A DNA stretch of 64,000 nt, taken from contig NC_043005.1 of NCBI RefSeq assembly GCF_006345805.1, positions 14,446,001 through 14,510,000 of the forward strand, read 5' to 3'. Of the stretch, positions 1 through 13,030 are shown one piece after another. The position numbers and the translations under genes were made by a program. This DNA comes from Octopus sinensis. Taxonomy: Eukaryota. Numbering within the stretch: the stretch's first letter is position 1; every line of letters begins with the position of its first letter. Under the pieces are notes generated by a model that saw nothing but the letters and a program-made list of their open reading frames with translations, searched no databases and was not told where the DNA came from.

Positions 1-304
1 ACCTGCACATTTTTCTAAGTGTTCACTAAGAGGAATTTGCCTGTATTGCGGGAATAAATGTTGCTTATTGCAAGTTATGGATGATTCTTTTATGACTTCA
101 TTGTTTTCAGGATTAGCTTAAGGTATTTTCGTGCCCGACATCACAAAATGCGTCTGAATAAACATTGCTGGGCAGCAAATAGAGACTCGGACATTGCTCA
201 GAAAATAATTTTCATTTTCAACATCGTATATAGCATGCACTAAGGATTTTGACCTTTAAATTTTTAGAAAAAAATGCGGATTATACTCGAGGATTTATGT
301 TATA

Positions 305-635
305 CAGTTGTAGCCAAAATGTTCGGAACGGCATTGTTTTCGTCAGAAAAGTAGGAATAAGTTTTTATCAAAGTTGTTTTATATTCCACAATTTTCACAG
401 ACAATAAATACAATATTAATTGTTATTGTCTGAGATTTTGGTGTAATTTGAGAGGATAATACAAAAGTTATTGATGATTTAGTGATTTACTGCAAAACCC
501 ATGGCGGCCAAAATGATCAAATAATATTGTATTTATTGTCTGTGAAAATTATGGAATATAAAATAACTTTGATAAAAAATTATATCTACTTTTCTGACGA
601 AAACAATGCCGTTCTGAACATTTTGGCCGCAACTG
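305..635. mobile_element. Tc1/mariner-type MITE with ~115 bp terminal inverted repeats
   Basis: CAGTTGTAGCCAAAATGTTCGGAACGGCATTGTTTTCGTCAGAAAAGTAG... at 305 is mirrored by ...CTACTTTTCTGACGAAAACAATGCCGTTCTGAACATTTTGGCCGCAACTG ending 635; TA on both sides. Confidence 0.85.
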
Positions 636-803
636 TATGTATATATGTATATATATGAATATATATATATGTATATATGTATATATGTATACATATGAAT
701 GTATATATGAATATATATATATGTATATATATATTTATATATATATGTGTGTGTGTTTACATATATATATGTATATGTATATATATATATTTATAGATGT
801 GTA

Positions 804-840
<37 letters not shown>

Positions 841-900
841 TATATATATATATAATATATATATATATATATAATATATATATATCTATATATATATATA
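636..900. repeat. Degenerate (TA)n/(TG)n microsatellite
   Basis: Direct reading. Confidence 0.95.
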
Positions 901-1240
901 TACTATAGCCTCAGGCCCACCAAAGCCTTGTGAGTGGATTTTGTACATGGAAACTAAAAGATGACTGTTGTATATACCTGTATATTTGTGCGCGCGCGTG
1001 CGTGCCTGTGTGTTGTTCATTTGTATTTATGTGTGTGTCTCTGTTTTTCCCCCCCACCATTACTTGAAAACCGATTATGCTGTGTTTTCGTCCCCGTAAT
1101 CTAGCTGTTCAACTAAAGAAACCGATAGAATAAGTACTAGGCTTAAAAAAGAATAAATCCTGGGGTCGATTTCTTTGACTAAAGGAGGTGCTCCAGCTTG
1201 GCTGTAGCTACATTACTGAAACAAGTAAAACAATAAAAAA
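901..1240 (+). mobile_element. SINE family A, 5'-truncated diverged copy
   Basis: Matches 13031-13434 from TACTATAGCC through GAAACAAGTAAAA. Confidence 0.8.
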
Positions 1241-1400
1241 ATGATGCCATTTTAATCCCCGAACAATGCTGGTTATTTCTGCTAGTATGTAGCTTTTAAG
1301 CAACTAATCCCGAATGGGAAGATCTTCTAATAGATCTCTGACTTATTTTAGAGAATTTGTTGCAATTGCTTCCTCCAGTCATACCCCAAAGATGATCATA

Positions 1401-1585
1401 GGCACAGGAGTGGCTGTGTGGTAAATAGCTTGCTAACCAACCACATGGTTCCGGGTTCAGTCCCACTGCATGGCATCTTGGGCAAGTGTCTTCTGCTATA
1501 GCCCTGGGCCGACCAATGCCTTGTGAGTGGATTTGGTAGACGAAACTGAAAGAAGCCTGTCGTATATATGTATATATATATATAT

Positions 1586-1617
<32 letters not shown>

Positions 1618-1619
1618 AT

Positions 1620-1694
<75 letters not shown>

Positions 1695-1700
1695 GTGTGT
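1401..1700 (+). mobile_element. SINE family A (tRNA head, CORE-like CTTGGGCAAGT), 5' half only
   Basis: A box TGGCTGTGTGG, B box GGTTCAGTCC; ends in the internal (TA)n(TG)n tract. Confidence 0.85.
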
Positions 1701-1814
1701 CATTGAATAGTGAGAGATAGGGGTCAAAGTGTGACACACTGACACACATAAATTAGTTTTCGCATTTATTATATTAGACAATACAATACAATATAATATA
1801 CTATGATATAGTGA

Positions 1815-2130
1815 AGGCATGTGGTTTGGTGGTTAGGGTAATCAGCTCGTGATCGTAAGGTTGTGAGTTCGATTCCCGGTAGTGCATTGTGTCCTTTAGC
1901 AAGGCACTTCCTTTCCCGCTGCTGCAGTCCACTTACCTGGCAAAAATGAGTTGTACCTGTATTTCAAATGGCGATCCTTGTCACATTCGGTGTCATGCTG
2001 AATCCACATGAGAACTACATTAAGGGTATGCATGACTGTGGAGTACTCAGCCACTTGCATGTTAATTTCATGAGCAGGTAGTTGATAGGATCCGCTGGAA
2101 CCCTTGTTATCATAACTGTTGGAGTGCCAG
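1815..2130 (+). mobile_element. SINE family B, old diverged copy
   Basis: tRNA-like head with GAGTTCGATTCC; body aligns with reverse complement of 23287-23669 (TTGTACCTGTATTTCAA, GAGAACTAC, CTCAGCCACTT). Confidence 0.75.
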
Positions 2131-2708
2131 TATAATATAATATAATATAATATGTTATAATATAATATCTACTATAATAATACTCTTGTGTTTTTCTCTG
2201 TTACAACATATGAATGAGAAAGGAAAGGATGATAGATGAATAAGGAGGGAAGGGGTGATGGCAAACTTAGTAGTGGGATGATGGAAATTCTACGGTGAAA
2301 AAAATCAAACAGCGTTTCAACTCTGTGAGAGTATATGTGTGTATATGTATGCTTGTACAAAGGGAATATGTGAATGTTTGTATGTGTGAGTCAGTGTTCC
2401 TTCAGTAACAAACGATGATCGATGTCACATCGCAAAAGACAACCGTTGGATAACATTTGATTTGATTTGCCATCTATGTTCTATCCCATATTTACTCACA
2501 GTCAGCTTTGTGTGGACTACTTCGTACAAGAAAACTTTAAACTTCTTTTGGAGGAAACGAGCCATCAAGAAATGTTAGTTGCGGAGAGATTTTTCACATA
2601 AAAATTGGTAATAAAAAAATTATTAAACTAAAAACTTGGTTTTGTACTTTATGTATATATAAAATGCTACAATTAGCTGCTACTTTTGATGGCACTGGGC
2701 CAGCTAGT

Positions 2709-3478
2709 AATATAATATAATATAATATAATATAATATAATGTACTATAATATAATATAATATAATATAATATAATATAATATAATATAATATAATACAA
2801 TATGATATAATATGATATAATATATGGTATATTATATGATATAATACAATATAATATAATATAATACAATGTGATATAATATGATATAATATAATACAAT
2901 ATATGATATAATATAATATGATATGATATTATATAATATGATATAATATGATACAATAAGATATAATATGATATAATATAATATGATATAATATATGATA
3001 TAATATGATAAGATATAATATATGATATAATATAATATAATATGATGTAATATGATATGATATATGATATAATATAATATGATAAGATATAATATATGAT
3101 ATAATATAATATGATGTAATATAATATGATCTAATACGATATAATATGCTATCTTATAACATGATGTGATATAATATAATATGATATAATATAGTACAAT
3201 ATAACATGATATGATATAATATGATATAATATAATATGATATAATATGCTTATCATATAATATGATGTGATATAATATAATATAATATAATACAATATAA
3301 CATGATATAATATAATATGATATAATATAATAAATATAATATGATATAAAATAATATGATATAATATAATATGATATAATATAATATGATATAATATGTT
3401 ATATTACAATATGATATAATATATGATATAATATAATGTCATATAATATTGTATAATGTAATATGATATAATATATGT
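2709..3478. repeat. (ATATA/ATATG)n pentamer satellite
   Basis: ~770 bp of ATAAT/ATGAT pentamers. Confidence 0.95.
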
Positions 3479-3599
3479 AGTGGGCTAGATTCAAGTGTAG
3501 ATGCAGCTAAGCAGCCATCATTATGGCCAGATTTATCTCATCTATTTTAAACAATTGTTTGGCATACTTGCACAAGTTACTGGGTCGTTTCTAACTCTG

Positions 3600-4230
3600 C
3601 CCGTAGCCAGTCATTTAATTCCATCGTCATTTCTGCATCCTGAGGTAAGACTTCACCACTTCACTCTCTCCTATGCACAGGTTTTAATAAGTTTGAGTGC
3701 CCTGCAATTTTTTTGTGCAGCTGTCATTTTCCGTATGCATCACATGAATGTAGTATCTGCAGAGACTCCTCTGATACTTTTTATAGCCAGTTTTTCTCGT
3801 GTACACTAACAGTACACACTCAGTGGTTCAGACTTACTTCATTTCTTTCTAATCATTGCATATCCTCTGCATATTTAGTGTTATATCTTGCTATCATGCA
3901 GCATTGCAATTCGTGCACAGTCTGCTTTTCCCACTGAAAGACATCTTTGTAACCATCAGAGATAATAGCACCCTGGTTGTTTGTCAGCTTCTCTCTTTGG
4001 CAACGATACTCTCAGAACAACCATGTTCACTGCCAATTATGTCATTGAAGTAGCAGGAATTAGAAATAACTTCTTAAGGGCCTCCCAAGCATTTGAGAGA
4101 ATCGTTTCCATGTGAGCTTTTTGCTTCTGTGTATTTGTATTCCTAACAGAAAGCAGTGGATAATTCATATGCATTATGCATAAATTATACATAATGTGTA
4201 TGGCTTGATTACAGTATAACAGCTTATATT
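3600..4230 (-). pseudogene. Highly decayed RTE LINE 3' fragment
   Basis: 3840-3975 aligns by eye with 16940-17100 of the intact RTE; many stops. Confidence 0.55.
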
Positions 4231-5570
4231 ACTCTATACAAAATTGAAGAGATTGTGTGTATGTGTGTGTGTGTGGGGGGTGTATGTGTGCGTATAAAAT
4301 CATACAAAAACTAGATTTTCCATTCTGGTTACTTATAATTTCTTTTCCTACAGAAAACCTTGTCCTACAGATTAATTGCCTTTATCTTTTCATCTCTTAA
4401 GAATGAGAATTTGATAAAATATCCCGTTTCCGTTTCCGTTAGTGTGCATAACTTTTTGGTGGTATAAATTAGTTATTTCTCTTTCCTAGTACGATAAATC
4501 TCGTTAGTTGTAGGGAGAAATAAATGAAATGATCAAAATTTTAAAAAAGTAAAGAGAGGTTAATACATGACTAATAAGGGCTTGCAAAAAGTTTATCATT
4601 AGAAGAGGGCGTGTAATAGGGAGCAAGAAAACGGAAATGGAAAGTAAGAGCAATGAAAAATAAGGTACAGACAAATGAATATGTTAACAGATGCGCACGA
4701 ACTTGTGTGCATTTGCGGCAGATATTTAGGTTGTGTCTCAGTTACTTCCTAAAAAATTCTGGCCTGGTATTCAGAGATCAGGTTTAAGTAGGTTTTTTTT
4801 TTTTAAAGTATAAGTATGTATTCTCTCTCAACTGTGCAAGAATTCTTTTACTTCTGATTTTTGAATAAGCTTTCCTTTCGTGTAATAATCAGAACCTTTT
4901 CCTTTTAATTGCCACATGTAGTTGGCTAATTTTTTTGCATTCCTCTTTTAGATGAGTAGAAAAAAGTGTGATTGTAGAATCTTTCTTTGAACTTTATTTC
5001 AGTCACGCCTTTACTTTGTTTACGTGCTATGTCAAGGTTTGTTTTATAGAGTTAATTTCTGTTTTATAAATTTTAGCTTCTTCGTTGCAAAGAGATGAAG
5101 TATCACATAACTGTCCCAATATGTTTGGAATCTGAGATGAGAACGAGTTGAAAGTATAAAAATAGTCTGGTTAGCTGCGAAACTGCAGCTTCGTGTATAA
5201 CTTGCTCTGGAATATGACTGTTCAAGAAGCTCGAATTTGTGTCTGAATGTTAGCACAAGAATAAACATCTTTGATAATGTCAACTACTTACAAATCAATA
5301 TCTGACGAACAAAATACATAACAGTGTTACGTCAGTGACAGTCACATTTAAAAATTATATTCATCTGACATCCAACAATATGTGTGTGTTTGTCTTTGCA
5401 TAAACGTACACGTGCAAGTTTGTATATCCATACACATAGGTAGTTTAGTGCTACCATATTTATAGCATACTATAGTATTTGTTCCCTGACCATTTTCACC
5501 TGCCTCTATTAAAGTATTTATATACACGCATACCAATAGAAATCTAGTGTTAATATATTGACATTAATCA

Positions 5571-5764
5571 CGGTGGCGAGCGAGCAGAATCGTTAGCACA
5601 CCAGACAAAATGCTAAGCGGCATTTTATCCGTTCTTACGGTCTGAGTTCAAATTCTGCCATGGTCGACTTTGCCTTTCATTCTTTCGATAGAATAAGTAC
5701 TAGTTGATACAATAAGCACAAGTCAATGCAATCGACTTAGCCCCTACTCCGAAATTGCTGGCCT
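5571..5764 (+). mobile_element. SINE family C (Meta-domain-like), 3'-truncated
   Basis: GGTGGCGAGC..GCAGAATCGTTAGC head, GAGTTCAAATTC B box, GTCGACTTTGCCTTTCAT core. Confidence 0.8.
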
Positions 5765-6099
5765 CTCTAAAAGAAATGGAGAAACTTTCAAAATACAAAG
5801 ACCTGGAAATAAAGATAACTCGGATGTGGAATCTAAAAACAAAAACAATCCCTATCATAGTAGGCGCATTAGGTATGATAAAAAATATTCAAATACATAA
5901 CAAAACCACCAGGACTTAACAAATATATATATAACTTACAGAAAATTACACTACTGGGCACTGCACACGTCCTACGCAAAACACTTTCAATACAGTAACC
6001 ATCAGAGCATCACAACAAATCACAGCACATACCCAAGGCACACAGAGCTGCGCTCGGTAGTAAAGTGAAAGCACGCTATAAAAATAAAACTATTGAATG

Positions 6100-6163
<64 letters not shown>
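5762..6163 (+). pseudogene. R4/Dong-clade non-LTR retrotransposon 3' end with (TAA)n tail
   Basis: Translates SLKEMEKLSKYKDLEIKITRMWNLKTKTIPIIVGALGMI...LQKITLLGTAHVLRKTLSIQ*, the RLE-domain C-terminus; (TAA)n 6098-6163. Confidence 0.8.
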
Positions 6164-6166
<3 letters not shown>

Positions 6167-6264
6167 ATAATGAAGCTATGTACAAATATCTAAATACTGT
6201 TTTTATTTTAACTTTACTTAAGAATGGTACAAACTTATGTTTCAAGACAATATATATATATATA

Positions 6265-7291
6265 CTAGCATTAAAGACCCGTCGTTGCCGGGTCATAGTG
6301 CTAGTGCATGTATATATGTGTATATATATGTGTACATATTACATGTACATCTATATATATACATCTACACATAAAATACAAAGTACAAAGTTATATCTTG
6401 ATATCGCTAGTGATAACAATACTCAAAATATATAACAGACTGCAATTGTTAGCCCGTCTCTCGTAATTTCGATCAATTGTATCTTGTTCTCCCTCTTGTA
6501 AAAAAGTGTGGCTACAATCCAGCCTACCTCTACTTCGGGTGGGGGGGCATTTTAAATTTTTTTCTGGGACGTCCTACATCCCAGATATAAGGGTAAAAAT
6601 AAAATATTTCCACTTTGCAAGTTCGAGTCGAGTACTCCTTTGCACGCTCCGTTGACTCGAACCTTGCTTCTATTGTGGCGAATTTACCGCCTCTGATTAG
6701 ATATCTTTCATAGTCGCACCAAGACACTTTTCGAAGGTACTTTCCTCCATGTGTTCAAATCTTCTTTTTTCTCTACATTGTATACTTTATAGACAATAGT
6801 CTTTTCTTTAATTTAATTTCTTATTATCCATCTGGACTATTCCATTTCTGCACGCTAATCTTATTTTTAATTTATTCCCATTCATGTGAAACCACTTATT
6901 CAAGTTCAAATCATTGATGCAATTTTATACCAATTGCTATTTTTACTTTTGTCATGTTACTTTAGTTTGATTTTAATTATTACTTACTACATATAATTCA
7001 ATTGTTATTATTATTTTTATTGTTAAAGTGAAAGTATCTGACATAAAATAGAGAAACGTTTTTGTTTCACTTTTAACACGTAATACTGAAATAGTGGAGA
7101 AGATATGATATTGCTATGGGCTCACCCTAGGCAAAAAGTTCAAATTGTTTTTTGCCGATGACACTCTCCGGACCCTAAGTAAGACATGTGTAAAATTTGA
7201 ATGAAATTGGTTGTGTAGTTCTCAAGTTTCAGGGAAACACACAGACAGACAGACAGACACACACATTCTCAGTTTTATATATATATAAAGA
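6265..7291 (-). mobile_element. Non-autonomous Helitron
   Basis: Minus strand begins A|TCTTTATATATA.. and ends with hairpin GACCCGGCAACGACGGGTC then CTAG|T; no TSD. Confidence 0.8.
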
Positions 7292-8132
7292 TAATATTTG
7301 GAGAGAGAGAGAGATAGAGAGAGAGAGCAGGAAGCTATCTCCGAAATGCTGCATTTTCTACTCCGTATTATATATGAGAGATTGTACAAGATTATACTCC
7401 CTTCGCTTTTTTTTTTTAATTTAGAGTTACTTTGTCTTTTTTGTCGTATTTGATTCCTTCTATCTATCTACTGTCTATCTACTTTTGTAATGGTGTGCAT
7501 GTTCTTCGATGTTATTTTTGTTAGATGATAATATGGAAATACTAAGTGATACGCTGTAAACGAAGAAATTAAAGATTTTCCTCGGGTAGTTAGAAAATTT
7601 GTTGGTGTATTGAGTCTTTTCGATAGGTTTTGTATATGAGTAATATGAGTAATGTGATGAGTTGTGGAAGTTTAGCATGATATCCAGAATAATCAATTGC
7701 ATTCAAGTGGATTTCTACAATGATTGCTAAGCCTAAGCCTTTAAAGAAGCCAAAAAAGTTGTTTTCGAACTCTATACTTTTCTGTTTTGTTTATCAAAAT
7801 TTCTAAATAAGGTCAGTCTCTCATTTTACTCTCTCACTCCTTCATCATCATCGTCGTCGTCGCCGCCGCCGCCGCTGCAGCAACAACAGCAGCAACAGCA
7901 GCAGCAGTAGTAGTAGTGGTAGTAGTAGTAGTAGTAGTAGTCTCGCGAGTCCAAGAAAGACGATCCTGCGATTTACTGCTGAACCTTCACAGATGATTTG
8001 TTTATAGTGATCATATGACTGTCCTTTAGTCCAGTATATCCACCTGTGTCAGTGAACAGAGGGTTCAATACAATATATAAATATACATACAAACACATCT
8101 ATTATATATATATATATATATATGCATACATA

Positions 8133-8375
8133 CAAGGTTGCCCAAAAGTAGGTTTGCAGTAATCACGTAGGCACTTTAAATTTCTTTTAAAACATTTTAT
8201 TACATTTGAATTTCTATCTTACAATCATATTGTTTATGCACATCTTGAACAGACAATGTTTAATCTCTCAGATGCTCAAAATGTGCTCCTTCAACATTAC
8301 AACATTCTTCAAGCTTCTTCAGAACACTCTGACTCACAGTTCAGTACAAATTCCGATCTTCATCAATTTCAGCCA

Positions 8376-8413
<38 letters not shown>

Positions 8414-9389
8414 TAAATAAAACATATGCATATATATAAACATATATGTACGTACCTACCTCTACATGTACATATACACGCATATATAAGTACAGGACAC
8501 CAAAAGGACGTCGAACACAATGAGAAACGAAAACATAGACACAAACCCAAGGAACTGGACATTTTTTTAAACAACAAAAAAATAGAGTACAGGACAATTA
8601 ACACAAAGAAAACCCCTTCTTCAGTCGCTATGGTTTCATCTACTCTACGTTTCGAAGGTGAAAGCGAGACGTATCTTCGACAAGAAACTTTCCTTCCTGC
8701 GAAAAGCAAATCAATTAAAAATTTTGAGATCTTTCCGCAGTGGGGTAAAAAATGGTAACAAAAACAGGACAGTAACGACAGTACAAATTATAAACAGTAA
8801 AAGACAGGACAAGGAAAAACAAGATAAGAAGGGCTGTTAACGCCGAACGAAAAAAAGTATTACGAACGCGGATTTTTTGTGAACGACGAACGGAGCAAAA
8901 AGAATTGCCGTCCACACCTCGAGAGGGTTAGGCTAGAAAGACAGTAGCGGAAGTCTCGTCGCGGGTCAACGACGGGAGGGGGGAGGAGGAGCAAGAGAAA
9001 GGGAGAGAAGAAGGGAATGGTTGTGAGGAAACCATGAAGAATGAGAGAGGGAGAGAGAGAGAGAGTGAAGAATGAGAGAGAGGGAGAGACAAGTTAAGTA
9101 GAGGAAAAGGAAATCAAAGAATGAAGGCTGAGAAAGGGATGGGACAGAGAGGTTAAGAGTGCGCATCAAAGTTAATATCAAGAACAATCTTACTTAAAAA
9201 GGGATGCGTGCGTTTCGTCATATGATATATTAATAAATAAAACATATGCATATATATAAACATATATGTACGTACCTACCTCTACATGTACATATACACG
9301 CATATATGAGTACAGGACACCAAAAAGACGTCGAACACAATGAGAAGCGAAAATATAGACACAAACCCAAGGAACTGGACATTTTTTTA

Positions 9390-9432
<43 letters not shown>

Positions 9433-9894
9433 TGGCAGAAATGTAATCTTTTATTTCATTTACTGTTTTGGGGTTCTCATAAACCTTGTTCTTTGCAATA
9501 CCCGCCCCCCACCCAAAAAAGAAATCCATTGGTGTCAGGTTAGGTGAACGTGGTGGCCATGCGATGCTGCCCCGTCTCCCAAACCAAGGCCGTGGAAAGG
9601 CTTGGTTAAGGTACTCTCTTACTGTCAACGTATAATGTGGAGGTGCTCCATCTTGTTGACAAGTAACGTAAAAAGTAGTGGAACAAATTGGAACATATGT
9701 GGTTGAATAATGAAGCTATGTACAAATATCTAAATACTGTTTTTTATTTTAACTTTACTTAAGAATAGTACAAACTTATGTTTCAAGACAATATATATAT
9801 ATTGTTTCATGTTGTTTTATAATTAAGACCTAAACCGTTAATATATGAATGCGAGATAGTCGAATAAGTGTAAACCTACTTTTGGGCCACCCTG
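8133..9894 (-). mobile_element. Internally deleted Tc1/mariner element with nested insertion
   Basis: TIRs CAAGGTTGCCCAAAAGTAGGTTT / AAACCTACTTTTGGGCCACCCTG with TA flanks; transposase QQDGAPPH..WPPRSPNLTPMDFF (9430-9660) resumes as AEIDEDRNL..LEECCNVEGAHFEHL* (8260-8375). Confidence 0.85.
8405..9398. mobile_element. (TA)n-flanked insertion with 174 bp terminal direct repeat, Penelope pseudo-LTR-like
   Basis: 8405-8578 repeated at 9225-9398; interrupts the mariner transposase. Confidence 0.55.
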
Positions 9895-9941
<47 letters not shown>

Positions 9942-11106
9942 CAGACAGATAGACAGACAGAGAAAGTTGTGCGGGTAATGAATAAATATGTATATGTTAT
10001 TAGATAGGCATATATGAGTTTACTCACTCATCATTATATACGCACACAAATACATATACACACATAAATAAATACTTAAGACCTCTAGGTCACGGCACTC
10101 AACATTTTTTAGATCAGAATCACATCGTAAGAAGAGCAGCAAACACTTGTTTGCATTTAGTTTAAGTTCAGGCACATAATTATGTAGTTCAGTGGGAATT
10201 CAGTTGATAATCAAGTACTAGCAATATATATTAGCTTCGGCCCAAATACCGTATCTTGAACCAGCTCCTGTATATAAAACGTCTTTCTATCTGGATTTAA
10301 CTAACCACAACCGATTATGCTTGAAAAAATAAATAGATTAATAGTTGGCATTTGGTCAAAGTGTAATCGTTTTAATAAATAGTAGAATTTTGATGTACCA
10401 AATGATAGGGACCACAGACGAGAAAGTCAGCTATTTTAAACAGATTCTAATTTCCTTATCTCTGTTTCCATAAGTATTTTCTTATTCTATCAACGTACTT
10501 AAATCAAAAGGAGACAACCAGTGCATTTAATTAGTGCAATAAGGAACATTTTTAATTTGGACAGCTTCATATTGGCTGAGGTTACAGAGGGGTAAATGCA
10601 TTAGCTGAAATATGGCAACGTGACTTCAGATCCTATCACTTGCCTTGCAATGTATCTATTGCAACAGCCCCTGAAGCTAATCCAGTCCATTTAATAGTAA
10701 ATATACAGACTTCTGTTTGAAGAAAGAACATGATTTAACCGGTGTTTTGTCTGTTTCTTTGTGTGCAGTGATGAGCTGAAATCTCTCTCTTACATGTACA
10801 CCAAGAAGACAGTATGAATCTCTTCCAGTGTTTTATTCCAGACACTGAAATAATGCAAAAGCAAGAAAGAATTCTATCTAATCATGACGTCACAGTAGAA
10901 GACATCTAAGTTATCATGTTCGCCCTGTAAAATATGCGTTGTTTTGCCATTTCACTTGCATATTTCGCTCTAACGATGAGATGTGTGTACTGAGGCTGGC
11001 AGTACGATAATTATGGTTGCCATGCATAAGCATACATTTCCACCACATTCATGTTTAACACCCAAGTTTTAGATGAATAGAAAACAAATTCTTTGAGCAT
11101 CTAAAA

Positions 11107-11620
11107 ACATACATACATACATACATACATACATACATACATACATACATACATACATACATACATACATACATACATACATACATACATAATGCATAGA
11201 TACATATATACATACATAAATACATACATGCTTAGATACATACATACATACATAATGCATAGATACATATATACATAAATACATACATGCATACATACAT
11301 ACATACATACATACATACATACATACATACATACAAACAAACATACATACATACATACATACATACATACAAACAAACAAACATACATACATACATACAT
11401 ACAAACAAACAAACATACATACATATATACATACACACACACAAACATACATACATACATACATACAAACATACATACATATATACATACATACATACAC
11501 ACACACAAACATACATACATACATACATACATACAAACATACATACATATATACATACATACATGCATGCATGCATAGATAGATATATACTTACATGCCT
11601 GCACGCATGCATACATACAT
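11107..11620. repeat. (CATA)n tetranucleotide microsatellite
   Basis: Direct reading; source of the MYVC/HTYI pseudo-ORFs. Confidence 0.97.
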
Positions 11621-11989
11621 ACTTCCGTACGCTACGAACTGGTATTTCTCATTCTTATGTCTATGAACATTCGTCTAACTTCTCATTATAGACTCTTTCA
11701 CTGTTTCATCCTCATTGTTGCTCTTATATGTACTTAACGCGCATATACATCCGTGTCTATACACACATACACTTTGTTCCATGATGGCCTGTCTATTATC
11801 CTGTATACATAGAGCACACAAAGACACACAAGTTAACATATCAATAAATTTCTCTCTTGAACATTCTCTTCGGTTGTGTCTTTCTTTTTCCAACTGGCAC
11901 ATCATATGTATTATTACAGCCTTTTTAACAGAGTCGTTATTAGATGGTTTCACCACACTTCACCATGGCCATCTAAAATTGGTGACCCC

Positions 11990-12605
11990 GACATGATAGG
12001 TCACAATACCATCTAAAAGCTCATAATCCACAATACCTTTCCATTGCCGACAGATACAGAGCATCTCCTTCTTCGGATTCTGACCGGCTTCTGGAGAGAT
12101 TCAGGCGGTTCGTTTCGTTTTCTCCGGAATCCTTTTCGCTCTACACTTTTGTAAGCAACCTGTGATCGTTCTTTTCAAAAATGGGTAATTTTGGTTGCGT
12201 TTGAAGCGAGAATCACACATGGAAATGCGGTTCATTAAATTGTTTTCCGTCAATTTTGTGACACTCAAGCACCATAACTATTCACATATCCAAGCGTTTT
12301 AAAATGCCTTATAACGCTCATATAAAATAAGTGAACGATCTCTGCGAGACCTCGTGTCGTATGATTTGGATTATTTTTGATTAGCATTTCGATTTGGATA
12401 TCATCTACGACCGTCTGCGGTGTTTCCAGTCAAGATTTTGACAGGTAAAGCTAGCAAACTACTCACTAACAATCTCAGCTTCAGCACCATATCCATAAAC
12501 TACACACGTGTTTTTTGCTGATTCTACAGTGTTTTTATTTTTTATTTTTCGATAAATTAAAGAGCATTAAATAACGAAAACGTATCTAATTTACCTCCAT
12601 TTTTC
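11990..12605 (-). pseudogene. Decayed mariner transposase
   Basis: Minus-strand pieces MEVN*IRFRYLMLF..CVVYGYGA (HTH), PFLKRTITG, WKGIVDYEL; multiple frameshifts. Confidence 0.65.
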
Positions 12606-13030
12606 CTTTTAGCATAAAAACAGTAGAAGTAAAATATCCACCCGGTAGTCGTGTTGAATGGGGGTGTTGAAAGGTAAACTTCTAGAGCGCGCGCGTGAGT
12701 CTGTCGTGCGCGCGAATAATTGTTATATACTTAGTGTGTTGAATTTTGTTAATGGAAACCGTGCGAGTATCGAAGAAAAAGAATGGTAAATTTAAACAAA
12801 TGTTCTGGTGCCTATGTTCGTCCGAGTAATCTCTCACTCCTTATGCCATTGTTTACTTTGCATTTTGTAACGTACGATATCGATGAAATAAATATCAGAT
12901 ATTGCTGGAGTCACTATAACTGATTAAAATCACTGAAAGTTGTGCTCTAACAATGGCTGTACTCCAATAACTGAAACCAGTAAAAGTTAAAAAAGAAAAT
13001 CTGACCCAACTGATTATTACAAAAATATTA

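Noticed and set aside
1-302. Pogo-like right end TGCGGATTATACTCGAGGATTTA
   Set aside because: Partner end lies outside the window and no clear transposase frame is seen
2502-2601. Possible short exon QLCVDYFVQENFKLLLEETSHQEMLVAERFFT* after a CAG acceptor
   Set aside because: Too short to distinguish from chance; no partner exon identified
11069-11691. MYVC/HTYI/IYLS-type ORFs here and at 20.4-21.5, 26.9-27.7, 37.2-38.0, 50.2-50.6 and 51.9-53.8 kb
   Set aside because: Translations of di- and tetranucleotide microsatellites
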